Origin: Candidatus Nomurabacteria bacterium
GTDB taxonomy: Bacteria > Patescibacteriota > Minisyncoccia > Phycocordibacterales > SBAW01
Reading direction: 5' to 3'
DNA length: 64,000 nucleotides
Assembly: GCA_943356495.1 (NCBI GenBank)
Contig: CALRFF010000003.1
Span: 551-64,550, forward strand
Of the stretch, positions 9,046 to 17,457 are shown piece after piece. The stretch's first letter is position 1, and every line of letters begins with the position of its first letter. The translations under genes were made by a program, and so were the position numbers. Below the pieces are notes generated by a model. It was not told the DNA's origin. It did no database searches and was given only the letters and a program-made list of their open reading frames with translations.

Positions 9046-9889
9046 CGTCGATATTCTTCGTATAGAGGAGCGCGCCGCGGCAATACGGCGCACGATTATT
9101 GAAATGCTGGTGGCGGCAGGCTCGGGCCACACGGCGGGCCCTTTGGGCATGGCCGATATCTTTGCGGCGCTCTATTTTAGTATCCTTAACCACGACCCTG
9201 CGCACCCCGAGTGGGCCGCACGCGACCGGCTTATTTTAAGCAACGGGCATATTGTGCCGGTGCGCTACGCGGCGATGGCACATGCGGGTTATTTTCCTGT
9301 CTCCGAATGTTTGACGCTACGCAAGTTCGGCTCGCGCCTGCAGGGGCACCCCGAGCGGCTAAAGTTGCCGGGTCTTGAGACAACCGGCGGGCCCTTAGGC
9401 TCGGGGCTCGGCCAAGCGGCGGGCATTGCCTACGGCGCGCGTATGGATGGGGCGAAATTCCGTGTGTATTGCGCCATGAGCGACGGCGAGCATGACGCGG
9501 GCAATGTGTGGGAGTCGGTTATGTTTGCGGGCGCCAACCGGCTGAGCAACCTTACCGTTATTATCGACCGCAACAATATACAAATAAACGGCATGACGGA
9601 ACAGGTGATGCCTCTTGAGGGTTTGCGCGCCAAGTACGAGGCGTTTAACTGGCACGTGCTCGAGGTAGACGGCCACAATATCGCCGCGATTATCTCGATG
9701 GTCAACCAAGCCAAAGCAATTTACGAAAAACCGACCTGCATTATTGCCCACACGATACCCGGCAAAGGCGTTAAAGAAATCGAGTTTGACTACAAGTGGC
9801 ACGGCAAACCACCAAGCTATGAGGAGGCGCAAAAATTCTTGGCCGAGCTACGTACGATGAAGGGTAAGATAACAAGCGAACACCAATAA
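9035..9889 (+). CDS. tkt: Transketolase N-terminal (TPP-binding) subunit
   Basis: GSGH, RDR.ILSNGH, LQGHP, SDGE...G..WE...NN motif. Confidence 0.95.
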   Translation: MLSDVDILRIEERAAAIRRTIIEMLVAAGSGHTAGPLGMADIFAALYFSILNHDPAHPEWAARDRLILSNGHIVPVRYAAMAHAGYFPVSECLTLRKFGSRLQGHPERLKLPGLETTGGPLGSGLGQAAGIAYGARMDGAKFRVYCAMSDGEHDAGNVWESVMFAGANRLSNLTVIIDRNNIQINGMTEQVMPLEGLRAKYEAFNWHVLEVDGHNIAAIISMVNQAKAIYEKPTCIIAHTIPGKGVKEIEFDYKWHGKPPSYEEAQKFLAELRTMKGKITSEHQ

Positions 9890-10881
9890 TGATTACTCCC
9901 GACGCAAAACTTAAAGAAAATCTTTTTGACAAGCCCGAGACGGCGCCGACGCGCGACGGCTTTGGTAAAGCGCTGCTTGAGCTCGGCGAAAGTAACCCCA
10001 ATGTCGTCGTCTTGTGCGCCGACTTGGCCGAAAGCACGCGCGTACTGCCGTTTAAAGAAAAGTATCCCGACCGGTATATAGAGTTGGGCGTTGCCGAGCA
10101 AAACTTGGCTACCGTAGCTTCGGGCCTCGCCACCTACGGCAAAATCCCTTTTATTACCTCTTATGCAACCTTTTCCCCGGGCCGCAACAACGAGCAAATA
10201 CGCACCACTATTGCCCTTAACAATGTGCCGGTAAAAATCATCGGTTCGCATGCGGGGCTCAGTGTCGGCCCCGACGGCGCGACGCACCAGGCGCTCGAGG
10301 ACATGGCGCTTATGCGCGTGCTCCCTAACATGACGGTCCTTTCCCCGTGCGACAGCGAGGAGGCGCGCAAAGCGACGCTTGCCGCCGCCGCGCACGCGGG
10401 GCCCGTGTATGTGCGTTTAGGCCGCGCGCCGACCGCCGCAATAACTACGGCCGAAACACCGTTTGCAATAGGCAAAGCGCAGTTGGTGTGGGCAGGCGAG
10501 CATGCGGCCGAGGTCGCGGTGTTTGCTACGGGACCGCTTTTGTACCAAGCACTATGCGCCGCCAAAGAGCTTGAGCACCATATACCGGTTGAGGTGTATA
10601 ACGTGCACAGCGTTAAGCCGCTCGACGTTGAGGAGCTGGCCGACGCCGCCGAGCGCGCCGGCGCGGTAGTAACGGTCGAGGAGCATCAGGTTGCAGGGGG
10701 CCTCGGCGGCGCTATTGCCGAAGTGTTGGCGGCCCGGTGCCCCGTGCCGGTGGAGTTTGTAGGAGTCAAAGATAGCTTCGGCCAGTCGGGAGAGCCCGCG
10801 GAGCTTATCGAGCACTACGGGCTTGGAAAGTCGGGTATACTACAGGCTATACAAAGGGTACACACCCGCAAAACCCTATGA
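9889..10881 (+). CDS. tkt: Transketolase C-terminal subunit
   Basis: ADLAES, GVAEQN, GPDGATHQALED, VEEH...GGLG. Confidence 0.95.
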   Translation: MITPDAKLKENLFDKPETAPTRDGFGKALLELGESNPNVVVLCADLAESTRVLPFKEKYPDRYIELGVAEQNLATVASGLATYGKIPFITSYATFSPGRNNEQIRTTIALNNVPVKIIGSHAGLSVGPDGATHQALEDMALMRVLPNMTVLSPCDSEEARKATLAAAAHAGPVYVRLGRAPTAAITTAETPFAIGKAQLVWAGEHAAEVAVFATGPLLYQALCAAKELEHHIPVEVYNVHSVKPLDVEELADAAERAGAVVTVEEHQVAGGLGGAIAEVLAARCPVPVEFVGVKDSFGQSGEPAELIEHYGLGKSGILQAIQRVHTRKTL

Positions 10882-11069
10882 TTACCCGAGGACAAGCAAC
10901 ACTATTGGGCGAGAACGTCCGCAGCTTCGTGGGCCTAAGTTTTGTCGCCAGTTTTTCGCTCGCGATGGCGCTCCTTATTTGGCAAACCGCATTTGATGAA
11001 AACCCGGTGGCCAACGCCATGGCAAAGGCGCTGTACGACCGCAACATACAGTACTCGCAGGAGATTTAA
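10878..11069 (+). CDS. Small single-TM hypothetical protein
   Basis: ATGA overlap with tkt stop; hydrophobic helix. Confidence 0.55.
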   Translation: MITRGQATLLGENVRSFVGLSFVASFSLAMALLIWQTAFDENPVANAMAKALYDRNIQYSQEI

Positions 11070-11079
11070 AGCGGCTTAG

Positions 11080-13860
11080 TTACCGTTTTTCAGTAATTGT
11101 AAGCAGTTGGTCTACAGGGACCGCTGTACTAACTGTTTTAATACCCGAGGGCCACAGCACCGTAATGTCGACGGGGTTTGTTTGCTTGCCGAGTCCGAAT
11201 AGTAGGCGGTGCGAGCTCTGCGCGTAGAAACTGCTCCCCAGCAACACGGTTTGTGTTTGGGTAGTGCCGCCGGCGGTAACAGACACGACGGCGCCCACGG
11301 CGTCGGCGTTGCTTACGGTGCCCGTAAGATTAACTGCAATATAATGTGCGCCCGTGCCGGTGTTGCGGTACAGGGTCGGCGGTGTGCGCGCGACACCAAA
11401 GGCAAAGTATCCGACAAACAGGTCGGGGTAGCCGTCGTTGTCGTAGTCGGCGACCGCCGAGGGCCGGGTCAGTTGGCCGTCTGCGGGGCAAAAACCCTGT
11501 GCGGTGACATCGGCAAAACCGGTGGCGGTGCGTCGGTACAGCTTGTCCGAGCGGTACAGCGCGCGGGTAAGGTCGAGCCGCGGCAGGTCAGAGCGCGTCT
11601 CGACGTTGCCGTTGCCGACAAACAGGTCGCGCCGGCCGTCGTTGTCGTAGTCAAACAGGTTAATGCCCCAGGCGATACTAAGCGGGTTAAGCCGGTGTAC
11701 CCAGCGCTCGTCGGTAAAAGTGCCGTTACCGTTGTTTTTGTACAACTCGGTCTTGCTGATGTTGCTTACCGCCACATCCTGCAGGCCGTCGCCGCTGTAG
11801 TCGCCGACGTCGGCCCCCATGCCGTCGCCGTAAAAGTTCATACCCGCCTCGGCGGTCATGTTAGAGAATGTCAGCCTGCCGTCGTTGCGCATAAGCAGGT
11901 TGGTGCCCCAGTCGACGCTTAAAAATATGTCCTGCCTGCCGTCTTGGTTATAGTCGAACGATACCGGTTGGTAAAACGAGTTGGATACGGCGTCGTACGG
12001 GTGTTCGGCGGTAGAAAATGACTGACCGGTGCTGCTAGCGTAGAGCGCGTGCAGTTGCGCGGCAAACGGCGCGTGCTCGGTAAACCCATTGCCGCCTCGG
12101 TTGGTAAACAAATGCGCCGAGCCCGGTTTGTATGCGGTAGCAAAAAAGAGGTCGTCGAGGTTGTGGTGCAATGCCTGCGGGTCTTTGGTAAGGGGGATCC
12201 GTTCCACCGTAAGCATGCAGCCGCCGTCTGCCACAAACGCGTCGCGCGCCGCGGCGCGGGCAAACTCCGGCGGTCCGTACTTTTGCAGAATCGCGGTGAC
12301 GACCGCGCTGTCGCATATAATTTGTTGCTGCGTATTGAGATACGGTTCAAAAAAAGCTTTAAGTAACGCCCAGTTGCCGACCGGCGAGAGGTCGTAGTAG
12401 TTGGCCTGCGCCGCGTACACAAAGTCGAGGTACCCGTCGCTGTCGTAGTCGGCAAAGGAGAGCGTGCCGCCGCCCGGCGGCAGGGTAAACGCATTCAGCC
12501 CGAGCGCCTTCGTTGTTTCGCTAAAGCCGCTGCCGGTATTTTTAAATACGCGCACGGCGGTGACTTTTGGTTTTTGTGCCAGAGGTTCGCCGTCTACGGC
12601 CGTACGATAGTCTTGCATGCCTTGTACGACAAACAGGTCGCGCCGGCCGTCATTGTCGTAGTCGGCAAAGAACGCGCTTTGCGAGTTAACGGCGGGCAAG
12701 CCCGCAGCGGTTGTGGTGTCGACAAACCCCAGAGGGGTATTGCGATACAACCGGCTGGGTTCGTCGATACTCGAGACAAACAAGTCGTCGCGGCCGTCGC
12801 TGTCGTAGTCGCCCCACGAAGCGCCGGTGGTCATGCGCGCCGAGGCATTAAATGATTTGTCAGGGACAAACGCAGGAGTTTTTGAGCATTGTGTTATCGA
12901 CGGGCTTTCGACACCCATCAGCAAAAATGCCGGCGAGACACGGGTAAATTCTACATACAGGCCGTCTTTGCGTATGGTCTGTACGTAGGCGGCCCCCATG
13001 GCCAGTACCAAAAAAAGACACGCAAGACTATTTTTGGGCAGTGCGGCCGCTTTGGTGGGCACAAGTCGCATGGCGTATGCGGAGAGGAGCGTAAGCACTG
13101 TTACGCCAAACGATGCGACAAACAGCGCATACTTGACCCCCAGCATTTCCAGCAAGAAGAATGCCGAGGCAACCCCGATGCCGTGCAGTATCCGCGGGTA
13201 CGTGCCCGTGGGCGAGGTGCGCGGGTCGGTAATCATAAACGAGGCAAAAAGCACCAGCGAGGGGCCGAGTATCCCGTAGTGGTGCACCGACAATATATCG
13301 AGATGGAAAGGAACTGATATAAGGAGGAGTGCGGTGTAGCTGAGCAAAAAAGACAACGTTGTTATCCATGCGCCTGCGCGGTAGGAAATAAAAAAGCATA
13401 TAGCCGCTACCAGCGCGTAGACCCATAGACTGTTGCCCCATTGCGTAAACTCGACTGTTGCGGCGGAGGGGAAGGCAAATACCAACACCACGACGGCGAT
13501 GTTCGACGGATTAAAAATGTGTTTACCGTTTGCTTTGAGTACGTATTTTGAGCCTACGGCGACGAGTGCGGCAAGAAAAAAGTATATGGGGTCGGTTGCT
13601 CTAAAAAATATAGCTATCCCAAGCGCCGCGGCTACGGCGCTTGCGGGGAAAAACAGCTCAAACGGGAGACCTTTGGCACGGCGCGCTATGTAGGTAAAAA
13701 GAAGTTCGGCCGCAACAGCGGTGGCAAGCCCGACGACGATGTCTGTCCACCCGAGGTTAAACTCCAGCACCGTCTTGCCCAAGACAACAAAGAACGCTTG
13801 CGCGGCTATAAGGAGATATAGCGGGTTCAGCCCGTTAACGATGTCGCTAACGGGCTTCAC
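11080..13860 (-). CDS. Fusion of RnfD/NqrB-like (UnbU-like) membrane domain with FG-GAP/CRTAC1 ASPIC-UnbV domain
   Basis: SKY...GKHIFNPSN and FMITDP.TSP in a multi-TM N-terminus; repeated DYD.DG..DL motifs; C-terminal SN.DAVGA.V...Q...L.FGLG....V.WPSG; GTGA overlap with pfkB. Confidence 0.85.
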   Translation of the reverse strand: MKPVSDIVNGLNPLYLLIAAQAFFVVLGKTVLEFNLGWTDIVVGLATAVAAELLFTYIARRAKGLPFELFFPASAVAAALGIAIFFRATDPIYFFLAALVAVGSKYVLKANGKHIFNPSNIAVVVLVFAFPSAATVEFTQWGNSLWVYALVAAICFFISYRAGAWITTLSFLLSYTALLLISVPFHLDILSVHHYGILGPSLVLFASFMITDPRTSPTGTYPRILHGIGVASAFFLLEMLGVKYALFVASFGVTVLTLLSAYAMRLVPTKAAALPKNSLACLFLVLAMGAAYVQTIRKDGLYVEFTRVSPAFLLMGVESPSITQCSKTPAFVPDKSFNASARMTTGASWGDYDSDGRDDLFVSSIDEPSRLYRNTPLGFVDTTTAAGLPAVNSQSAFFADYDNDGRRDLFVVQGMQDYRTAVDGEPLAQKPKVTAVRVFKNTGSGFSETTKALGLNAFTLPPGGGTLSFADYDSDGYLDFVYAAQANYYDLSPVGNWALLKAFFEPYLNTQQQIICDSAVVTAILQKYGPPEFARAAARDAFVADGGCMLTVERIPLTKDPQALHHNLDDLFFATAYKPGSAHLFTNRGGNGFTEHAPFAAQLHALYASSTGQSFSTAEHPYDAVSNSFYQPVSFDYNQDGRQDIFLSVDWGTNLLMRNDGRLTFSNMTAEAGMNFYGDGMGADVGDYSGDGLQDVAVSNISKTELYKNNGNGTFTDERWVHRLNPLSIAWGINLFDYDNDGRRDLFVGNGNVETRSDLPRLDLTRALYRSDKLYRRTATGFADVTAQGFCPADGQLTRPSAVADYDNDGYPDLFVGYFAFGVARTPPTLYRNTGTGAHYIAVNLTGTVSNADAVGAVVSVTAGGTTQTQTVLLGSSFYAQSSHRLLFGLGKQTNPVDITVLWPSGIKTVSTAVPVDQLLTITEKR

Positions 13861-14846
13861 AACGGTCGTACTGCAAAGGGCGCCGGCGGGTTAGCCAAGT
13901 TGTGCTCCAATTGCTCGCGTTTTAGCAGACCTTTTTGCGCTCCTATCTCTTGCAGCACGGCCGAGGCGTTGGTCGCCCCCCACATTAGCGCTGTCTGCAG
14001 GTCTTTGCCCAGTTGGAGCGCGGCCACGGTGGTCGAGGCAAAAGCGTCACCTGCGCCCGTAATTTCGTACGGTGGGCGCGGGTCGGGGTATCGGGGGATA
14101 AACCAGAAGTTATTTTCTTCATCCACGGCCGTGGCGCCGCGTACGTCGTCGGTGATGACAACGATCTTAGGGCCCAACGCTTTCATCTGAGTCAGTAATG
14201 CTTTGGCGTCTTGTGTTGGCTCGATACCTAATATCCGTTCCGCCTCTTCTTTGTTGCAAAACACAATGTGCGCGCGCTGGTACACTGCAGCCAGCGCTTC
14301 TTTGCCGAATTTCATCTGGTAGGTGCCGGGCTGGAAGGCGAGTTTAACGCCGGGATTTTTTTGCAGATACTCTATCCACGTACTGTGATACGGTAGAGAA
14401 TTTTCGCTTAGGGAAGAAAGGTAGAGCCATGCCGGCGGCTCGGCAACGGCGGGCACCGCATAGTCAAACGTTTCGTGCTTTACCAAAATGGTGCGTTGGC
14501 CCTCAAACCACAGCACGTAATGGTAGTTAGTTTTCTTACCGTTCTGTTTTTCTACAAAATCAGTGTTTACTTGGTCGGCTGCAAGGCTGGCAAGGCACTG
14601 TGCCCCCCACTGGTCGGCGCCGACATAGGCCCGCAGGCCGGAGCTAAGCCCGAGGCGGGCCGCCGCAACAGCGGCGTTGGCCGAGTTGCCCACCGCCGGC
14701 ACTATCGTTGATGACTCGAAAGGGATTTTGTCGCCCCAACGCATGCATATCTCGCAGGACTCGTCGTTTATGTTGCAGTGCACGCGCGCGTCTTTAAGCC
14801 TGATAAAGGCGTCTACCACCAGGTCGCCTACCGCAAGGAAGTCCAT
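13857..14846 (-). CDS. PfkB-family carbohydrate kinase
   Basis: GNSANAAVAAARLG, CNKEEA, TGAGDAF; start taken at MDFLAVGD (14846). Confidence 0.92.
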   Translation of the reverse strand: MDFLAVGDLVVDAFIRLKDARVHCNINDESCEICMRWGDKIPFESSTIVPAVGNSANAAVAAARLGLSSGLRAYVGADQWGAQCLASLAADQVNTDFVEKQNGKKTNYHYVLWFEGQRTILVKHETFDYAVPAVAEPPAWLYLSSLSENSLPYHSTWIEYLQKNPGVKLAFQPGTYQMKFGKEALAAVYQRAHIVFCNKEEAERILGIEPTQDAKALLTQMKALGPKIVVITDDVRGATAVDEENNFWFIPRYPDPRPPYEITGAGDAFASTTVAALQLGKDLQTALMWGATNASAVLQEIGAQKGLLKREQLEHNLANPPAPFAVRPL

Positions 14847-14855
14847 ATAATTAGT

Positions 14856-14863
14856 AGTATACT
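14856..14863. promoter_or_regulatory. Palindromic AGTATACT giving a TATACT -10 box on both strands
   Basis: Lies in the 24-nt gap between the divergent pfkB and fba starts. Confidence 0.6.
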
Positions 14864-14870
14864 GCAAGTC

Positions 14871-15743
14871 ATGCAGACGTTGCGGCAGGTGATTGGGGAT
14901 TTTAAAAAGTCGGGGCGCGCGATAGGGCATTTTAATGTCTCGGACTCTAACCAGCTGCATGCTATTGCGCTTGCAAGCAAAGAAACGGGCTTGCCCGTCA
15001 TCGTCGGTTTGTCAGAGGGCGAGCGGGAGTATTTTCCTATCCGCCATGCCAAGGCACTTGTTGATGTGTACCGCACGCACGGCATTAACATCTACCTCAA
15101 CGCCGACCATACCTACAGTTTAGAAAAGGCGGTGGCCGCAATTGACGCAGGGGTAGACTCTATCGTCGTCGATGGCGCCAATTTGCCGATGGCCGCCAAT
15201 ATTGCGCTCGTAAAGGCGGTTGTGGAGTATGCCAAATCCAAGAAAACATTCTGGGGCGGCCGCGACATTGTGGTCGAGGGCGAGCTCGGCTACATCGGCA
15301 CCTCGAGCAAACAGCTGGACGCTTTGCCCGAGGGAGTGACGCTTGAAAATTTGACCAGCATTGTAGACGCTAAACAATTTGTCGCCGAGTCGGGTGTGGC
15401 CTGCTTTGCGCCGGCGGTGGGCAATATACACGGCATGCTAAAAAATGCCGCCGAGCCGCGCCTGCATCCCGAGCGGGTTAAAGAGATAGCCGACATGGTC
15501 GGCATACCCTTGGTGCTCCACGGCGCCTCGGGCAACACCGCCGAGGATATAAAAGAGTGCATTACCGCGGGTGTGGCGGTGGTGCATATTAACACCGAGT
15601 TTCGTGTAGCGTACCGCGACGCTTTGCGCGACCAAATTGCCCAGAATCCGGACGAAACGGCGCCCTACAAGTTGCTGACTCCGGTCGTGCAGAAACTAAA
15701 GGAATTCATAATCCAGAAACAGCACCTGTTTGCAAAAGCCTAG
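14871..15743 (+). CDS. fba: Class II fructose-bisphosphate aldolase
   Basis: GHFN, NADH, VEGELG.IG, AVGNIHG, LVLHGASG, INTE. Confidence 0.95.
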   Translation: MQTLRQVIGDFKKSGRAIGHFNVSDSNQLHAIALASKETGLPVIVGLSEGEREYFPIRHAKALVDVYRTHGINIYLNADHTYSLEKAVAAIDAGVDSIVVDGANLPMAANIALVKAVVEYAKSKKTFWGGRDIVVEGELGYIGTSSKQLDALPEGVTLENLTSIVDAKQFVAESGVACFAPAVGNIHGMLKNAAEPRLHPERVKEIADMVGIPLVLHGASGNTAEDIKECITAGVAVVHINTEFRVAYRDALRDQIAQNPDETAPYKLLTPVVQKLKEFIIQKQHLFAKA

Positions 15744-15767
15744 ATTCTTCGGTATATTGTGCGGGTC

Positions 15768-16421
15768 ATGGAACTCGCTGTTACCAAGCGCGATAAAGCC
15801 AAAAGCCCCAATACTCTCCGTCGGGAGGGAGTTTTGCCTGCGGTCCTCTACGGCCGCTCCCAAGAGGCTACTCCGGTGGCTGTTGACCGCAAGGTGTTTG
15901 AAAAGCTTTTCCACACCGCGGGCGAGTCCACGGTTATTACTCTGACCGGCCTCGATACTCAAAAGCAAGTGCTTATACAGGAAGTCGCGACCGACCCGGT
16001 TACCGGCGTCGCGGTGCACGCCGACTTTTACGCAATAGAAAAGGGCCAACTGGTTACCGTCTCGGTACCGCTCGAGTTCGACGGCGTTGCTCCGGCTGTT
16101 AAGGATCTTGGCGGCATTTTGACCAAGGTTATGCACGAGCTCGAGATAGAGTGTGAGCCGTCTGAGCTTCCGCAGGCAATACATGTAGACGTTTCCAAAC
16201 TTGCTACCCTTGAAGACCAAATAAAGGTCAGCGACCTTAAGCTCCCTAAGAGCGCCAAAATTTCTGTTGATGTCGACGAGGTAGTGGCCATGATCTCGGT
16301 CGCCAAAGAGGAGGTTGAGGAGGTTGCTCCGATGGACCTCTCGACTATCGAGACCTCTGTGGAGCGCGGCAAAAAGGAAGAGGAAGGCGAGCCCGCCGCC
16401 GAAGGAGAGCCAAAAGAGTAA
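15768..16421 (+). CDS. rplY: 50S ribosomal protein L25 / Ctc
   Basis: LRREG.LPAVLYG, HADFY, V.VP....G...VK..GG, acidic tail. Confidence 0.95.
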   Translation: MELAVTKRDKAKSPNTLRREGVLPAVLYGRSQEATPVAVDRKVFEKLFHTAGESTVITLTGLDTQKQVLIQEVATDPVTGVAVHADFYAIEKGQLVTVSVPLEFDGVAPAVKDLGGILTKVMHELEIECEPSELPQAIHVDVSKLATLEDQIKVSDLKLPKSAKISVDVDEVVAMISVAKEEVEEVAPMDLSTIETSVERGKKEEEGEPAAEGEPKE

Positions 16422-16533
16422 CCACGAAAAGTGGCTTCGCCACCTCGTGGCCTGCGGCCGAGAAGCAGGCTTTGCAGGGCTCGTGGCGGGCCAACTTGAG
16501 TGAGCCCCGCGTGAGTCCTCGAATTTTGCGGGG
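16422..16533. other. Cluster of GC-rich hairpins between rplY and GIY-YIG gene
   Basis: ccacga/tcgtgg enclosing gtggc/gccac; gcctgc/gcaggc; gggctc/gagccc; ccccgc/gcgggg. Confidence 0.6.
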
Positions 16534-16545
16534 TATTCTTGGTAT

Positions 16546-16836
16546 ATGTATACGGTCTATGTGTTGGAAAGCCAACGAGACAAATCCTGGTATATCGGCC
16601 AGACAGACGACCTAAGGCGTCGCCTGATGCAGCATAATTCAGGCAATGGGGGTAGGACTACAAGAATTAAAGGCGGACCGTGGAAGTTGGTATACGCTGA
16701 AGCGTATTGTGACAAAAGAGATGCATTAGGTCGGGAAAAGTTTTTAAAAGGTGGTTCTGGTCGGAAATATTTACAAAAGCAACTAGTGCATTATTTACAA
16801 GACACTCCTACCCTCGAAGGAAGTTATATAAAATGA
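16546..16836 (+). CDS. Small stand-alone GIY-YIG nuclease
   Basis: YTVYVLES...WYIGQT.DL.RRL.QHN.G...W.LVY.E......A..RE..LK. Confidence 0.9.
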   Translation: MYTVYVLESQRDKSWYIGQTDDLRRRLMQHNSGNGGRTTRIKGGPWKLVYAEAYCDKRDALGREKFLKGGSGRKYLQKQLVHYLQDTPTLEGSYIK

Positions 16837-17417
16837 AAACCGCGATTATTGTACACGGATGGGACGGGACGCCGCAGGAAGGCTGGTTTCCTTGGCTTAA
16901 AAAAGAGCTGGAGGCGAGAGGGTTTGAGGTGCGTGTGCCGCAGTTACCGGACCAAGCCAACCCGCGAATTTACAACTGGGTGCCAGCGCTTGCTGCAGCA
17001 GTAGGTACTCCTACTGAGCAAACATATTTAATTGGACACAGTATGGGTTGTCAGACTATTGCCCGCTACTTAGAAAGTCTGCCTGAGGGACAAAAAATTG
17101 GTGGAGTAGTTTTTGTGGCAGGATTCTTTAAACATCTTACCGGTCTTGAGGATGACCCTGCTGTGCAAGAAACAGACAAGCATTGGCTCGAGACCCCGCT
17201 CGACTTGGTAAAAGTTCGGTCGCATCTGCCTAAAAGTATTGCAATTTTTTCCGACGATGACCCGTGGGTACCGCTCGACAACCAAGATGATTTCCGCGAC
17301 AAGCTTAATAGCGAAATAGTCATTGAGTACAAGAAAGGGCATTTTAGTGGTGGAGAAGGACATACTGAGCTCCCTGCAGCACTAGAAAGCGTACTCAAAC
17401 TGAGCGCTTCATGGTAA
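16833..17417 (+). CDS. RBBP9/YdeN-family alpha/beta hydrolase
   Basis: IVHGW...WFPWLK, GHSMG, SDDDP.VP, GHF. Confidence 0.9.
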   Translation: MKTAIIVHGWDGTPQEGWFPWLKKELEARGFEVRVPQLPDQANPRIYNWVPALAAAVGTPTEQTYLIGHSMGCQTIARYLESLPEGQKIGGVVFVAGFFKHLTGLEDDPAVQETDKHWLETPLDLVKVRSHLPKSIAIFSDDDPWVPLDNQDDFRDKLNSEIVIEYKKGHFSGGEGHTELPAALESVLKLSASW

Positions 17418-17457
17418 GCAAAAAACGCGGCGCGCGTCTGATATAATTGAACTAATA

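Noticed and set aside
11931-11941. cctgcctgcc as another copy of the REP-like palindrome
   Set aside because: Only a half site; explained by the DGRQD codons of an FG-GAP repeat.
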